From NCBI GenBank assembly GCA_018818965.1, contig JAHJQX010000014.1, positions 6,178 to 70,177 of the forward strand: a stretch of DNA of 64,000 nucleotides, written 5' to 3'. Numbering within the stretch: the first letter of the stretch is position 1; each line of letters begins with the position of its first letter. The stretch comes from Patescibacteria group bacterium (lineage in GTDB: Bacteria; Patescibacteriota; JABMPQ01). Shown one piece after another: positions 39,482 through 48,810 of this stretch. The notes under the pieces were generated by a model. It was given only the letters and a program-made list of their open reading frames with translations, was not told where the DNA came from and did no database searches. Position numbers and translations under genes: made by a program.

Positions 39482-41140
39482 ATGACTGATGATCTATCCA
39501 CTCAATCATTTGAGGATGAAAAATCAGAACAGTTAAGCGAGAGGCTTGATAAGATTAAACTGGCTCGCTTAGAGAAAGAAGCTCTTGGCAAAGCGATGGT
39601 ACGTGGCATGCCTTATATTAATTTAAAGGAAACCCCAATTGCCAAGGATATCCTAGCTTTGATTTCTGAAAAAGAGGCTCGAAAATCGGGAGCTTTATCA
39701 TTTTATAAGGTTCAGAACTTATTACGAGTGGCAGTGTTGAATCCAGATAATGAGAAGACCATCGAAACTGTTGAGAAATTGGAACAAGAAACTGGCTTTA
39801 ATACTTCCATGTTTCTTACTTCAGAGCCGAGTTTTAATTATGCCCTGGAAATATATAAACAAGTAGTTGCCCCCAGAAAGAAAGAAGAAATTGGCATCGA
39901 GGCAGAATCTTTGCAGTCAGCCCGGGAACAAATCAAAAATTTAGCTGATTTAAAAAAGAGAATTAACGACGTATCAGTAACGGAAGTAATTAGTATTGTT
40001 TTAGCGGGAGCGATTGTCGGCAAAGCCTCAGATATCCATATTGAACCGGAGGAGAAGAGTATTAAGTTGCGTTATCGTATCGACGGCATTTTACACGACA
40101 TCGCGAAGCTTGATAAGGAGGTTTACAATAAACTATTATCTCGCATTAAATTAGTGGCCGGACTTAAAATAAATGTCAATGATGTACCTCAAGATGGTCG
40201 AATTACGGTTAAGTTAGAAGGGGGTGATATCGATTTACGAATTTCTATTCTTCCTGCCGGCTATGGTGAAGCAGCGGTGATAAGACTATTAGGCATAGGG
40301 GCAACCGATCTTGATATCACCAAGCTTGGTTTTCGTCCCCGGGAGCAAGAGCTTCTACTTAAGCTTATTCACAAACCGACCGGGCTGATTTTAACCACTG
40401 GCCCGACCGGTTCTGGTAAAACCACCACTTTGTATGCCTGTCTGAACCAGGTTAATTCTCCCGAGGTAAAAATAATTACCTTAGAGAATCCGATCGAATA
40501 CCGTCTAGAAGGAATCCAACAGACACCAATCAATCCTGAAAAAGGCATGACTTTTGCCGGTGGCTTGCGATCTATCCTACGACAGGATCCTGATATCGTA
40601 ATGGTAGGGGAAATTAGAGATGAAGAGACAGCTGATATTGCTTCCCAGGCAGCCTTAACGGGTCACTTGGTGTTTTCTACTTTACATACTAATGATGCTG
40701 CTGGGGCTATTCCCCGTCTTCTTAATATGGGGCTGCGGCCGCACTCGGTGGCACCGTCTCTGACAGGAGTAATTGGGCAACGCTTGGTTAGGCGTCTTTG
40801 TCAGAAATGTCGGCAGTCATATCAGCCATCAGCTGACGAGGCTAAAAAGATCCAAGAAGAATTAGGGAAAGACTCTCCTCCGAAGGGCGTCAAAAAACTA
40901 TACAAAGCAAAAACTAAGGGTTGTTCAACTTGTGACGGTATTGGTTATCAGGGTCGAGTTGGTCTCTACGAATTGATTGAAATAACCAAGGAAATGAAGG
41001 AGTTAATTAACCAACGAGCATCATCTTTGGAAATAGAAAAGCTGGCGCAAAAGCAGGGGATGATCACGATGCGGCAGGATGGATTATTGAAAGTTGTTGA
41101 AGGATTAACTAGCCTGGAGGAAATAAATAGGGTTGCGTAA
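39482..41140 (+). CDS. Type IV pilus/T2SS assembly ATPase (PilB/GspE family); start re-assigned to 39482
   Basis: 'ASDIHIEP', 'PQDGR', 'GPTGSGKTTTLY', 'LRQDPD', 'TGHLVFSTLHTND', tetracysteine Zn motif. Confidence 0.93.
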   Translation: MTDDLSTQSFEDEKSEQLSERLDKIKLARLEKEALGKAMVRGMPYINLKETPIAKDILALISEKEARKSGALSFYKVQNLLRVAVLNPDNEKTIETVEKLEQETGFNTSMFLTSEPSFNYALEIYKQVVAPRKKEEIGIEAESLQSAREQIKNLADLKKRINDVSVTEVISIVLAGAIVGKASDIHIEPEEKSIKLRYRIDGILHDIAKLDKEVYNKLLSRIKLVAGLKINVNDVPQDGRITVKLEGGDIDLRISILPAGYGEAAVIRLLGIGATDLDITKLGFRPREQELLLKLIHKPTGLILTTGPTGSGKTTTLYACLNQVNSPEVKIITLENPIEYRLEGIQQTPINPEKGMTFAGGLRSILRQDPDIVMVGEIRDEETADIASQAALTGHLVFSTLHTNDAAGAIPRLLNMGLRPHSVAPSLTGVIGQRLVRRLCQKCRQSYQPSADEAKKIQEELGKDSPPKGVKKLYKAKTKGCSTCDGIGYQGRVGLYELIEITKEMKELINQRASSLEIEKLAQKQGMITMRQDGLLKVVEGLTSLEEINRVA

Positions 41141-41192
41141 GTAAAAAGAGAACTTGATTTAGAAACAGCGGACAGCCGCTGTTTTTTGGTAT

Positions 41193-41255
41193 AAAAAAAC
41201 GCAGTGATGAGTTATTCCAAGCGACTAGGAAGTCGGTAGAGACTCTTAACTGCGT
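41193..41255 (-). terminator. Long hairpin terminator of thiolase cassette
   Basis: Minus strand ACGCAGT...ACTGCGT followed by T-tract; back-to-back with the ATPase-gene terminator at about 41163-41187. Confidence 0.65.
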
Positions 41256-41377
41256 GGTTGTGCAAAAGGTTGTGGCAGGACGGCCGCCAGTCTCCGTCCA
41301 TTAGGAGGGTCTGGGTGGCAGACGTGGTACAGGGCTGGAGCTGCCCGGCCACAAGCTGGTTGAGCTGGGTTAGGGAG

Positions 41378-42622
41378 CTAGGCCCGGTACTGGGCGAGAC
41401 AGACGGTGGAAGCGATCGGTCCGCCGATGTTTAGGGAGATGCCGTTTTCACAGTTCGACACCTTCAGCTCTACCGGCACCTGACCGAGGATCTGCTGATG
41501 AACCCAGCCAGCTAGGGCGAGGCCGGTTGCGCTGATGGGATGTCCCTTGGCCATCAGCCCGCCACTGGTGTTGGTGGGCAAGTCGCTGTCGATCCCCATC
41601 ATGTGATCCACGAAGTAGGGCAGACCTTGCCCCGGCTCAGCCAGCCCAGCGATCTCCGCCGTCAGTGGCAGCATGATCGAGAAGCAGTCGTGGGTCTCTA
41701 GGACGCCGATGCACTCGGGCGGGATTTTCGACATCCGAAGGGCTTCCACGAAAGCCTTCTTAGCGCCCACCGGCTGCAGCACGTTGTCGCCGCGGGAGGC
41801 GATGGACAGGCCGTCTACGGCGTGTCCCCAGCCAGCCAGCACGGTAACGTCGTCCTTGGTGAGACCCAGCATGCTCAGCCCCTCTTCGTCGCAGACAACG
41901 AAGCGGCTGTAGCCGTCGGAGATCTGGGAACATTCCTCCAGCTTCAATGGCAGGTCTTCCCCCTCACCCGTTTCCCCGTCCTTCTGGAACAAGCGGTAGC
42001 TGGACAGTACTGACTCGACGGTGATGGGGTTTCTCGGCGTACGCATGTGGGCCAGCGGGTTGTAGGCGGCGTTGGCGTAGAGGTAGGGCGGCAGGATGGC
42101 CAGCTGCTCCTCGCTGATCCCGTACCTCTCCATGTACATGTTCATGATCCGCGCGAAGAGGTGAGGGAAGCTGAAAGGCGGGAAGCGATCATCCGGGTGA
42201 GCAGCCGTTCCCAGCATCTGGCCGATCTTGATCGAGTCGGTCTTGGGAGGCTTGCCGTCCTTTCCCGGCTTCTTGATGTTCATCTTCTCGACGCCAATGG
42301 CCAGGGCGACGTGGGTGTCGCCGCAGCGCACCGTTTTGGCAGCATCCAGCAGGGCGAGCCCGCCGCTGTCGCAGGCGTTCCCCACCCCCACGATGGGCAG
42401 ACTGGTGTAGGCTGGATCCATGGCGACTGCTGCCGCCAGCAGGTGCTGGTCGTTGAGCTGGGGTGCCAGCATGCCAGCCACACTGATGTAGCCGATAGCC
42501 GCTCGCTGCTCATCGTTGAGCCCCTCCCGGCCAGCATCGACCAACATCTCAAGTAGCTCGTAACCCTTCAGGTCGCCGAACATACTCTGCCCATATAGGG
42601 CCAAATACATTTTTCCGTCCAA
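41378..42622 (-). CDS. GC-rich SCP2/SCPx-type thiolase
   Basis: 'NACDSGG', 'GVEKM', 'CSQISDG', 'ETHDCFS', 'NTSGGLMAKGHPISATG', 'NIGG'; SD AGGAGG plus TTG start. Confidence 0.88.
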   Translation of the reverse strand: MDGKMYLALYGQSMFGDLKGYELLEMLVDAGREGLNDEQRAAIGYISVAGMLAPQLNDQHLLAAAVAMDPAYTSLPIVGVGNACDSGGLALLDAAKTVRCGDTHVALAIGVEKMNIKKPGKDGKPPKTDSIKIGQMLGTAAHPDDRFPPFSFPHLFARIMNMYMERYGISEEQLAILPPYLYANAAYNPLAHMRTPRNPITVESVLSSYRLFQKDGETGEGEDLPLKLEECSQISDGYSRFVVCDEEGLSMLGLTKDDVTVLAGWGHAVDGLSIASRGDNVLQPVGAKKAFVEALRMSKIPPECIGVLETHDCFSIMLPLTAEIAGLAEPGQGLPYFVDHMMGIDSDLPTNTSGGLMAKGHPISATGLALAGWVHQQILGQVPVELKVSNCENGISLNIGGPIASTVCLAQYRA

Positions 42623-42755
42623 GGTTTCCTCCTGTGGTTGTGATGGTACAGCAAAAACAGTCGTGTCCCCATTCTATGTTATCCATACTGCCGGTCAATA
42701 CAAAAAGCCCGGCTTTAAAACCGGGCTTAAAACTAATATCTAGCTTGTTTACCCT

Positions 42756-43343
42756 CTATTCACACAAATCAGCTTCGAATGATCCTTCCAGAGCAGTCTT
42801 TTCGTCGCTGAAGTCAAATTTAGCCCAGCCACTTACTTTATTAGCATCTTTGTCAACTTCTTTCACTACAATGGTAGCACCCCAGTCAACGTTAACACTC
42901 ATTGGTGTGCCATCTTCCTGCTCGTAGTGGTAATAAGAATGATAGTCAGAAAATTCAATCTCATCTTCCATCTTTTTCGTGAAAGTCCCAGCTCGCAAAG
43001 TCTTAGAGCTAAAGTTAACAGCATTATCGTCAACGACTACCCCACAAGTTGATTCCGGAGCTAGCGTAGAAAATGACCAGCTGTATTCTCCGTCCCAGTC
43101 TTTAATCGAGACGTTCTTGATAGTAACTTCTTCACCGTTGATTGTGCCGCTAATAGCTTCGTCAGCAATATCACCTTTAGCGGTAGCGGTTGTCCAATTT
43201 CCGTCAACTTCTTCCACTGTCTGCTCGCTAGTAGTATCAGTAGTAGTCTCCTCCGTTTTTTTAGCGCATCCTCCCGCGGTCAAAGCAACAGCCACAACTA
43301 TTGCCAGCGCCATTGGGATAACTACCCGTAGTTTTTGGTTCAT
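42756..43343 (-). CDS. Hypothetical lipoprotein (start probably ATG 43343)
   Basis: Signal peptide with 'AGGC' lipobox, Thr-rich linker, acidic beta-rich domain. Confidence 0.7.
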   Translation of the reverse strand: MNQKLRVVIPMALAIVVAVALTAGGCAKKTEETTTDTTSEQTVEEVDGNWTTATAKGDIADEAISGTINGEEVTIKNVSIKDWDGEYSWSFSTLAPESTCGVVVDDNAVNFSSKTLRAGTFTKKMEDEIEFSDYHSYYHYEQEDGTPMSVNVDWGATIVVKEVDKDANKVSGWAKFDFSDEKTALEGSFEADLCE

Positions 43344-43593
43344 GTTTTCCTGGTTATTTATTTTAAACATTTCCTGTATTATAACATTTTTTGCCAAATT
43401 TCCCAGCTCCATGTTGATAAAGACCTAGAGACTTGCCCCGGAGACTCGATATGATATACTCGAGACATGGCGGTTTTTACCACCATAGTTGTTTTAGTTA
43501 TAAAGAGCTTCGCTCTTTGTTTGCTCGCTCGTTCGAAAGAACAAAAACAAGTTTTTATTCTTTCCTCACTCACTTCGCAAATAAAATAAAATT

Positions 43594-45948
43594 ATGGGCA
43601 CAGTTGATAAATCAAAAACTGGTTTTCTATCCGGATTACGACGAGGCAAACAAGATTTGGCCTTGATTGCCATTCGGGATATGGTTATTTATCCAGGAGT
43701 AGTAACACCAATTGCTATCCAGCGGCCAAAATCAATCAGAGCGCTTGATCATGCGGAAAAAAACAACCGCCTGGCTCTTTTTGTGGCGCAGCGAAAGTTT
43801 GAGACGGAGGATCCTCAACCTAAGGATCTATACGAAGTTGGCACAGTCGCCAAAATTAAAGAAGTAGTTCGGCAACCTGATGGCTCAGTCCGAATTTTAG
43901 TGGAAGGAACGGGGAAAGCAAAAATTTCCGATTATCTCCAGCTCGACCCTTTCATTAAAGTTAAGGCTGACAATATTGTTCTCCCCGATCCACAAAAAAC
44001 AGAAAAGACGGAAGCTTTAATATATAGTGCAGTCAATCAATTTAAAGAATGTGTAAATTTAGGCGCTACCGTTCCTTTGGATGTTCTGCTGGTAGTGGTC
44101 AATGTTACTGATCCGGTGCAACTAGCTAACATCATCGCACTTAACATTGAATTCAAGATAAAGGAGAAACAGGAGATTCTGGAGGCTAACACCGCCGAAG
44201 AAAAACTGGATAAGGTTAATCAAGCTTTGTCGCGGCAATTGAAAGTGCTACGGATGGCCAAGAAGTTGCAGTCGAAAACGGGCGAGGAACTGAATAAGAT
44301 GCAGAAGGAAGTATTCTTGCGTGAGCAGCTCAAGGCGATCGAAAAAGAACTAGGTGTTGTTGGCGGTAAGACAGAAACAGAAGAAATGCAGGGCAAAATC
44401 AAAAAAGCAGGGATGCCCAAGGAAGTGCAGGAAAGAGCTTTGAAAGAACTGCGTCGTTTAGAAGGGATGCCTTCTTTTAGTCCCGAGATATCATATTTAA
44501 AAGCTTATTTAGACTGGCTGATCGAATTGCCCTGGTCTAAGAAAAGCAAGAGTAAAATAAATATTAAGCAGGCCAAGAAGATATTAGACGAGGATCATTA
44601 TGGGCTAAAGAAAGCGAAAGAACGAGTGTTAGAGTATTTGGCAGTGCAGAAACTGGTAGGTAAAATTAAGGGTCCGATTCTCTGTTTAGTGGGACCGCCA
44701 GGAACAGGTAAAACGTCAATTGGTAAATCAGTCGCGCGAGCGTTAGGACGGAAGTTCCATCGAGTTAGCTTAGGGGGGCTGCGAGACGAAGCCGAGATCC
44801 GTGGCCATCGTCGAACCTATGTCGGAGCCTTGCCCGGGCGCATTATTCAAGGGATCAAAACGGCTGGCACCAAAAATCCAGTGTTCATGCTTGATGAAAT
44901 TGACAAAGTGGGCGCTGATTTTCGGGGCGATCCCTCCGCTGCTTTACTGGAGGCCTTAGATCCAGAACAAAATAGTGAATTTTCTGATCATTATTTGGAA
45001 GTGCCGTTTGATTTATCTGATGTGATGTTTATCACCACAGCCAATATGCTAGATACGATTCCACCAGCTTTGCGAGATCGGATGGAAGTGATTCGTTTCC
45101 CCGGCTACACTGAGGAAGAGAAGTTCCAGATTGCCAAAAAGTACCTAACTCCACGGCAGATGGAAAATAACGGCGTTAATAGCAAACTGATTGCTATTTC
45201 TGACTCAGTTTTGCGGGCGATCACTCGGGAATATACTAGTGAAGCCGGAGTACGTAATTTAGAGCGAGAGATTGCGGCCGTTTGTCGTAAAGTAGCCAAG
45301 AAAATTACCGAAAATGGTAAGAAAAAGATTAGCGTGACAGCTAGTGACTTAGCTAAATACTTAGGTCCGCCACGTTACCAAATTACTAGGCTAGAAAAGA
45401 AGGATGAAGTGGGGGTAGCGGCTGGTTTGGCTTGGACAGCTGCGGGTGGAGAAATTCTCCATATTGAAGCGACTAAGATGCCCGGTAAAGGCGACTTAGT
45501 TTTAACTGGCCATTTAGGCAAGGTAATGAAAGAATCAGCTCAAGCCGCTTTTTCTTTTGCGCGAGCCAAAGTAAAAGAACTAGGCGTCAAGGACAAGTTT
45601 TATAAGGATGTTGATATTCATATCCATGTGCCTTCGGGGGCTATTCCTAAGGATGGACCGTCGGCCGGAACGGCGATTGCCACAGCCTTGATATCGGTGA
45701 TGACTGACAAAAAAGTGAAGCGAGATGTTTGTATGACAGGGGAGATCACTCTGCGGGGGAAGGTGATGGAGATTGGCGGTGTTAAAGAAAAAGTCCTGGC
45801 GGCTCATCGCGGCGGAATGAAAAAAGTTATCTTACCCAAGAATAATGAGAAAGATATGGTTGATATCCCCGCGGAAGTAAAAAAAGAATTGAAGTTTGTC
45901 TTTGTAGAGAAGGTGGAAGAGGTGTTGAGACAGGCGATTGTGGATTAG
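43594..45948 (+). CDS. lon: ATP-dependent Lon protease
   Basis: LON N-domain, 'GPPGTGKTS', 'RGHRRTYVGALPG', 'PKDGPSAG', 'IGGVKEK'. Confidence 0.98.
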   Translation: MGTVDKSKTGFLSGLRRGKQDLALIAIRDMVIYPGVVTPIAIQRPKSIRALDHAEKNNRLALFVAQRKFETEDPQPKDLYEVGTVAKIKEVVRQPDGSVRILVEGTGKAKISDYLQLDPFIKVKADNIVLPDPQKTEKTEALIYSAVNQFKECVNLGATVPLDVLLVVVNVTDPVQLANIIALNIEFKIKEKQEILEANTAEEKLDKVNQALSRQLKVLRMAKKLQSKTGEELNKMQKEVFLREQLKAIEKELGVVGGKTETEEMQGKIKKAGMPKEVQERALKELRRLEGMPSFSPEISYLKAYLDWLIELPWSKKSKSKINIKQAKKILDEDHYGLKKAKERVLEYLAVQKLVGKIKGPILCLVGPPGTGKTSIGKSVARALGRKFHRVSLGGLRDEAEIRGHRRTYVGALPGRIIQGIKTAGTKNPVFMLDEIDKVGADFRGDPSAALLEALDPEQNSEFSDHYLEVPFDLSDVMFITTANMLDTIPPALRDRMEVIRFPGYTEEEKFQIAKKYLTPRQMENNGVNSKLIAISDSVLRAITREYTSEAGVRNLEREIAAVCRKVAKKITENGKKKISVTASDLAKYLGPPRYQITRLEKKDEVGVAAGLAWTAAGGEILHIEATKMPGKGDLVLTGHLGKVMKESAQAAFSFARAKVKELGVKDKFYKDVDIHIHVPSGAIPKDGPSAGTAIATALISVMTDKKVKRDVCMTGEITLRGKVMEIGGVKEKVLAAHRGGMKKVILPKNNEKDMVDIPAEVKKELKFVFVEKVEEVLRQAIVD

Positions 45949-46040
45949 GGGCGGATTTTGATCTTACCAGCCCGTGGGCGATTAGATTCATATATATAAA
46001 AAGACACCTTGCTGTGGGGCAGGGTGTTTGTTAATAACAC

Positions 46041-46583
46041 ATGAAAAAATCTCTTCTCTTACACATCTGTTGCGCTCCCTGCTCGACCCACGTTATTGAA
46101 AAACTACAAACTGATTTTAAAGTGACCGGTTATTTTTACAATCCTAATCTCTATCCGGAGGCAGAACATGACAAACGTCGACAAGAGGCAGTGCGGTTTG
46201 GTCAGGAAATTGGGATCGAGGTGCTAGCCCCGGAAAAATATGAGAAGGAAAAGTGGTTGGAGCTGGTAGAGGGCTTTGCAGATGAGTCCGAGGGAGGTCA
46301 GCGCTGTGGGATTTGCTATAAAATGAGACTAGAGAAAACTGCTCAACTAGCTGCCAGCAGGAAATTTGATCATTTTGCTACTACCCTTACTATTTCCCCT
46401 TATAAAAAAGCGACAGTGATTAATCCGATAGGTCAAAAGATAAGCCAAGAATACAATGTAAAGTTTCTGGCTGATGATTTTAAGAAAAAGGGCGGTTTTC
46501 AAGAGAGCCTCGATCTATCGACCAAGCATGGACTTTACCGGCAAAATTATTGTGGCTGCGAATTTAGCATGAGAGGTCGATAA
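46041..46583 (+). CDS. queH: Epoxyqueuosine reductase QueH
   Basis: 'LLHICCAPCS', 'YNPN', 'RCGICY..RL', 'LYRQNYCGC'. Confidence 0.93.
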   Translation: MKKSLLLHICCAPCSTHVIEKLQTDFKVTGYFYNPNLYPEAEHDKRRQEAVRFGQEIGIEVLAPEKYEKEKWLELVEGFADESEGGQRCGICYKMRLEKTAQLAASRKFDHFATTLTISPYKKATVINPIGQKISQEYNVKFLADDFKKKGGFQESLDLSTKHGLYRQNYCGCEFSMRGR

Positions 46584-46639
46584 ATCCTTGCTCCTAATTT
46601 TATGCTTGCTACACTGGAATCAAGATTAATAAAAATATT

Positions 46640-46993
46640 ATGGCAAAATTTATCACGAGAACAATAATTGTAGCTTTAACAGTTTTTGGTGTTAGCTATG
46701 TAGTGCCGGGGATCACCGTTAATAATTTTCTGGCCGCTGTTGTGTTTTCCCTAGTTTTAGGCTTGATCAATGTCCTAGGACGGCCGTTGATAAGACTGCT
46801 TACTTTCCCTTTGCGTTGGTTGACGTTTGGCCTTTTCACGCTAGTGATAAATACTTTGCTATTCTGGTTGGCAGCTAGATTTGCAGCGGGAGTGGTAGTG
46901 GCTTCTTTCTGGGCGGCATTTGTGGGAGCACTATTAGTTGGTATAGTTAGTTTGATTGTGAACCAAGTTTTTAAAAAGAGTAAAAAAAGCTAG
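46640..46993 (+). CDS. YvlD-like 4-TM membrane protein (phage holin 4_2 family)
   Basis: 'LGLINVLGRPLIRLLTFPL..LTFGLFTLVIN'. Confidence 0.85.
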   Translation: MAKFITRTIIVALTVFGVSYVVPGITVNNFLAAVVFSLVLGLINVLGRPLIRLLTFPLRWLTFGLFTLVINTLLFWLAARFAAGVVVASFWAAFVGALLVGIVSLIVNQVFKKSKKS

Positions 46994-46998
46994 TTATT

Positions 46999-47622
46999 AT
47001 GGTTCTATTTCCCGCTCTAATATATCTCACCATTGTTCTGTCCTTACTGCATTTTGAAGTTTTCGATTTTTCCTTAACTGATAATGGTTTACCAGCTTGG
47101 GTGATCGTAGCCGGCATTCTTCTGATGTTACTTGGCAGCCTGATAGATGTTCCCTTGATCCTGCGTGGGCCGGGACGCAAGCAAGACCGGAGACATTGGC
47201 ATTCACTCTTTCTGGTGACCAACGGTAAGAAAGCTAGAAAAGGTCTTTATCTCAATTTAGGAGGAGCGATTGTCCCAATACTGCTAGCTATATATCTATT
47301 TTCTCACGCTCCACTAGTGCCGACGCTAATAGCTTTGGCAGTGGTTACTATTATCACCAGGTTTATGACTAGGATTTCTTCTTTAAAAGGGAATTGGTTG
47401 CATTTATCAGCGCTTGTCCCTTTACTAGCCGCTTTATGTACGTCTTTACTACTAACCCCTGCTAATCCAGCCATTGTATTCTATCTTGCTGGCACTTTAG
47501 GAACTTTAGTGGGTGCTGGCCTGCTCAATATTAACAAGATAAACGAGGCACCCCTGTTTATCGGTGGGCGAGGGATGTTTCACGGGATATTTTTAGTAAA
47601 TGTCGTTTTCTTACTCCTGTAA
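46999..47622 (+). CDS. DUF1614-family membrane protein
   Basis: 'LGSLIDVP', 'NLGGAIVP', 'GTLGTLVGA.LLN', 'IGGRGMFHGIFL'. Confidence 0.75.
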   Translation: MVLFPALIYLTIVLSLLHFEVFDFSLTDNGLPAWVIVAGILLMLLGSLIDVPLILRGPGRKQDRRHWHSLFLVTNGKKARKGLYLNLGGAIVPILLAIYLFSHAPLVPTLIALAVVTIITRFMTRISSLKGNWLHLSALVPLLAALCTSLLLTPANPAIVFYLAGTLGTLVGAGLLNINKINEAPLFIGGRGMFHGIFLVNVVFLLL

Positions 47623-47631
47623 TTAGCAGCA

Positions 47632-48810
47632 ATGGGTGGGAATATTATAATTCACTACGGCGAAATAGGTCTTAAGGGCAAGAATAGGCCTTTTTTTGAG
47701 CGTAAGTTGGTAGAGAATATCAAGCGATCTTTGTCAGATCAGAAATTCACTAAGGTTAAAAAAGGCTACGGACGAATTTTGGTGGAGTTAAATGATAGGT
47801 CTAGCCCAAAGCAGATAGTCCAGCGACTGCAGCAAGTTTTTGGTATCACTAATTTAGCGGTAGCCACCAAGGCAAAGAACGATATGGACGCGATAAAGTC
47901 AGTTGCCCAAGAAGTTTTACCCAAAAGGTTAAAAACATTTCGGGTAACAGCTCGACGATCGAATAAAAACTTTCCCCTAGATTCCCAGGAAGTCAACGAG
48001 GAGCTAGGTGGTTATATACTAGAAAAAAGGCCAGGAGCTAAAGTTAATCTCAGTCATCCCGAGACTAATATTTATGTGGAAATTGCTGGCGAAGGCGTGT
48101 TTGTGTACTCAGAGAAACTACCTGGTCTCGGTGGTTTACCGGTTGGTGTCAGTGGACGAGTAGTTTCGCTCTTGTCTTCCGGTTTTGACTCGCCAATCGC
48201 TAGCTATAGGTTGATGAAACGTGGGGCGAGAGTAGTCTTTGCTCATTTTCACTCCTATCCGCAAACTGATAAACGTTCGCTAGAGAATGTACAAAAAATT
48301 GTTGGCCTCCTTGATCAATACCAGAGTAAATCTAAGCTTTTCCTGGTTCCTTTCCTTGATATTCAAAAGGAAATTTATGCTAAAGCAGCTGCTCCGGATC
48401 GGGTTGTTCTTTATCGACGGATGATGATACGGATTAGCGAAATAATTGCCCGGCAAGAAAGAGCCGAGGCATTGGTGACCGGTGATAGCCTGGGGCAAGT
48501 GGCTTCACAAACACTTACTAATATGAGTACGATTGGTGAGGTAGCCACCATGCCGTTACTGCGGCCCTTGGTTGGGCTAGATAAAGAAGAAATTATGCAG
48601 AAAGCTCGTCAAATTGGCACCTACGATATCTCTGCTCAGCCTGATGAGGATTGCTGTTCACTTTTTGTACCGAAAAATCCTAATACTAAGACCAATATAG
48701 CCGATATCAAAAAACAAGAAGAAAAACTGGCAATTAACGACCTGGTTGAAAAAGCGGTTGAATCTGTTAAGATAGAAGTAGTTACCTCTTTAAATAACAA
48801 GAAAAGATGA
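47632..48810 (+). CDS. thiI: tRNA 4-thiouridine synthase (no rhodanese domain)
   Basis: 'YGEIGLKGKNR..FE', THUMP domain, 'GGLPVG', 'LSSGFDS', 'GDSLGQVASQT'. Confidence 0.96.
   Translation: MGGNIIIHYGEIGLKGKNRPFFERKLVENIKRSLSDQKFTKVKKGYGRILVELNDRSSPKQIVQRLQQVFGITNLAVATKAKNDMDAIKSVAQEVLPKRLKTFRVTARRSNKNFPLDSQEVNEELGGYILEKRPGAKVNLSHPETNIYVEIAGEGVFVYSEKLPGLGGLPVGVSGRVVSLLSSGFDSPIASYRLMKRGARVVFAHFHSYPQTDKRSLENVQKIVGLLDQYQSKSKLFLVPFLDIQKEIYAKAAAPDRVVLYRRMMIRISEIIARQERAEALVTGDSLGQVASQTLTNMSTIGEVATMPLLRPLVGLDKEEIMQKARQIGTYDISAQPDEDCCSLFVPKNPNTKTNIADIKKQEEKLAINDLVEKAVESVKIEVVTSLNNKKR

Noticed and set aside
46640-46993. Holin as evidence of a prophage
   Set aside because: YvlD-type 4-TM proteins are common chromosomal genes; neighbours are tRNA-modification genes
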